Positions 13,660 to 15,174 of a DNA stretch of 15,174 nucleotides are shown piece by piece. The notes beneath the pieces are model-generated. The model saw only the letters and a program-made list of their open reading frames with translations. It ran no database searches and was not told the DNA's origin. The stretch's first letter is position 1. Every line of letters begins with the position of its first letter. Source of the DNA: a virus (Duplodnaviria; Heunggongvirae; Uroviricota; Caudoviricetes); the IMG/VR virus record IMGVR_UViG_3300010368_000011, positions 64,001-79,174 of that record, one strand, 5' to 3'. The position numbers were made by a program, and so were the translations under genes.

Positions 13660-14046
13660 ATGATGGCAAAGTTCGGTGTACCACACAGCAATACTATCGA
13701 CACTACCGAACTTCGTGATCGTCATGATGATCTGGTGGATGCAGAAAAACTGTCGGCAGCTGAAACCAAAGAACTGGCAGCACTAGTTTCCGTGATTGAT
13801 GTGATTAGTGAAATCCGACCACAGGATTGGGATTCCAGCACTCTTATCAAAGCAACGCATTTCCCTGAGTGGTTCAAGGATCGGTTGTTTGAAGAACATT
13901 ACGAATTGTCTCATGTGGTAGATGATTTGGAATTCGTCATCATCGATTGGAATAAGACTATTCAAGCCGCTCTGAATAAAATGTTCACCAAAGTGAATTA
14001 CGGCGGGACTGTTTATTATATGTGTGGGGAAGATTATGATTATTGA
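13660..14046 (+). CDS. acidic protein, possibly ArdA-like antirestriction/DNA mimic (128 aa)
   Basis: AGGA SD; Asp/Glu-rich; DW..STLI...HF.EW...IIDW.KT..A......V.YGGT.YY pattern recalls ArdA-like C-terminal domains. The function call is tentative. Confidence 0.5.
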   Translation: MMAKFGVPHSNTIDTTELRDRHDDLVDAEKLSAAETKELAALVSVIDVISEIRPQDWDSSTLIKATHFPEWFKDRLFEEHYELSHVVDDLEFVIIDWNKTIQAALNKMFTKVNYGGTVYYMCGEDYDY

Positions 14047-14078
14047 ACCATATGAATTCATTCGGATTATGGGGTGTC

Positions 14079-14447
14079 ATGATGTCTGATACATCAATCG
14101 AAGATCAGCAATGTGATCGCCTTCTTGAAATGGTTGCTGAAAATTCCAAAGATGGTATGATCACGGTGCATGCTGAATACATGAACTATCTCATCAAACA
14201 AATTAAGGTGCTGACTCATTCCGGTCACCAAAGTCGTACTCGTGATCAGTTTCTTCCAAGCGTTGCCGAAATCCACGCAATGCATCTTCGTGATGATGTC
14301 GGTCGTATGATCACTGGTGAACATTGGCCTGACCTGACCACAGTGCAACCAGAGTTGACAACGGTGCGTCCGCAGCTTACCACGGTGAAAGATGAATTGA
14401 CTTCGGTGCGTCCTTCGCTTACCACTTTGCGAAATGAACCTAATTAA
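14079..14447 (+). CDS. hypothetical protein with C-terminal heptad repeats (122 aa)
   Basis: GGGGTG SD before ATG 14079; alternative ATG at 14052. Confidence 0.7.
   Translation: MMSDTSIEDQQCDRLLEMVAENSKDGMITVHAEYMNYLIKQIKVLTHSGHQSRTRDQFLPSVAEIHAMHLRDDVGRMITGEHWPDLTTVQPELTTVRPQLTTVKDELTSVRPSLTTLRNEPN
14328..14432 (+). repeat. 5 x 21-nt / 7-aa repeat PxLTTVx
   Basis: PDLTTVQ PELTTVR PQLTTVK DELTSVR PSLTTLR, degenerate at the DNA level. Confidence 0.9.
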
Positions 14448-14466
14448 TTCAAAAGGTTATAAGAAC

Positions 14467-14557
14467 ATACCGAACGCAGTGTTCTCCCCCGAAACGCGTT
14501 CGGTATAAAGACGGACGGTAAGTCGCTCTCTCCCCGGTTTGTAGACTTACCGTCCGT
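14467..14557. ncRNA. twin-hairpin element with loops complementary to the early-gene leader motif (candidate sRNA)
   Basis: Perfect 11-bp stem (14467-14477/14496-14506) with 18-nt loop AGTGTTCTCCCCCGAAAC; perfect 14-bp stem (14511-14524/14544-14557) with 19-nt loop GCTCTCTCCCCGGTTTGTA. Confidence 0.72.
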
Positions 14558-14585
14558 TGCTTTATCAATAATTATTACTATCATG

Positions 14586-14613
14586 TATAAATACTCTAAA
14601 ACAAAGAGTATTT
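14586..14613 (+). promoter_or_regulatory. late promoter TATAAATA overlapping an RBS-sequestering hairpin upstream of terL
   Basis: TATAAATA 14586-14593; 9-bp stem AAATACTCT (14589-14597) / AGAGTATTT (14605-14613) ends 3 nt before ATG 14617. Confidence 0.72.
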
Positions 14614-14616
14614 TAT

Positions 14617-15174
14617 ATGGCACGGTTTATACCCGAAGACGATGGCGGCAAGATTAAGCCTGCCAATTACAAACACGATTACACTCCACGAGAAATGATG
14701 GAGTTGGTGACGTGCGAAGATGACATCCACTATTTCTTAAAAAATTATGCATACATCATTCACCCTACCAAGGGCGCAATGAAATTCAATACATATGATT
14801 TCCAGCGACGATTGCTTGATAACTATATCGCATATGATCGCGTAATATGTATGCTTCCAAGACAAACGGGAAAAACAACGACTTCGTGCGCGTACCTGTT
14901 TTGGAAAGCCTGTTTCTTCTCTAAACAAACCATTCTCATTGCTGCGAACATTGGTTCAACCGCTAAAGAGATTATGGAACGCATTAGGGAAATGTATATG
15001 GAATGCCCGTGGTTCTTGAAACCGGGCTTGGTGGTCAACAATGTCCACGAGATGAAATTCGACAACGGTTCTAGAATTATTGCAGAAACCACGACCAAGA
15101 ACACAGGTCGTGGTAAATCTATTTCAGTTCTATATCTCGATGAGTTTGCTTACGTTAATCCCGGCATCCAAAAA
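14617..15174 (+). CDS. terL: terminase large subunit (T4 gp17-like), 5' 186 codons, truncated by the window end (missing from the ORF track)
   Basis: Translated by hand: MARFIPEDDGGKIK...YDFQ...MLPRQTGKTT (Walker A)...FDNGSRI...TGRGKSISVLYLDEFAYV (Walker B). Confidence 0.95.
   Translation, partial: MARFIPEDDGGKIKPANYKHDYTPREMMELVTCEDDIHYFLKNYAYIIHPTKGAMKFNTYDFQRRLLDNYIAYDRVICMLPRQTGKTTTSCAYLFWKACFFSKQTILIAANIGSTAKEIMERIREMYMECPWFLKPGLVVNNVHEMKFDNGSRIIAETTTKNTGRGKSISVLYLDEFAYVNPGIQK

Noticed and set aside
14467-14557. Twin hairpins as simple intrinsic terminators
   Set aside because: Loops of 18-19 nt, no proper U tract on either strand, and loop sequences complementary to a repeated motif. 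A secondary termination role is not excluded.
14737-15104. Minus-strand ORFs 14737..14928 and 14823..15104
   Set aside because: Antisense to the terminase large subunit, which the track missed because it lacks a stop within the window.

Overview
Segment of a large T4-like (jumbo-type) myophage genome, bracketed by a probable terminase small subunit (270-794) and the 5' part of the terminase large subunit (14617 to the window end). The host is probably an alphaproteobacterium, inferred from a permuted two-piece tmRNA with a tag of the ANDN...AA type. The ~13.8 kb between the terminase genes alternates three kinds of module. (i) Late modules: NATAAATA promoters driving proteins with T4-like capsid-targeting N-termini (a 2H phosphoesterase, two ADP-ribosyltransferases, a zincin-like protein, unknowns). 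(ii) A tmRNA gene flanked by an HNH endonuclease and by a pair of genes built from 14 copies of a 43-aa repeat, one fused to a T5orf172/GIY-YIG-like nuclease. (iii) Six early sigma70-type promoter cassettes whose first genes share the leader motif GGGAGAGA(AC). Most striking observation: an unannotated twin-hairpin element at 14467-14557 has two large loops complementary to that shared leader motif. It is a candidate phage small RNA that silences a whole early regulon, or a decoy if transcribed from the other strand. A second candidate small RNA lies at ~10778-10884. All family assignments come from motif recognition by eye, with no database searches.
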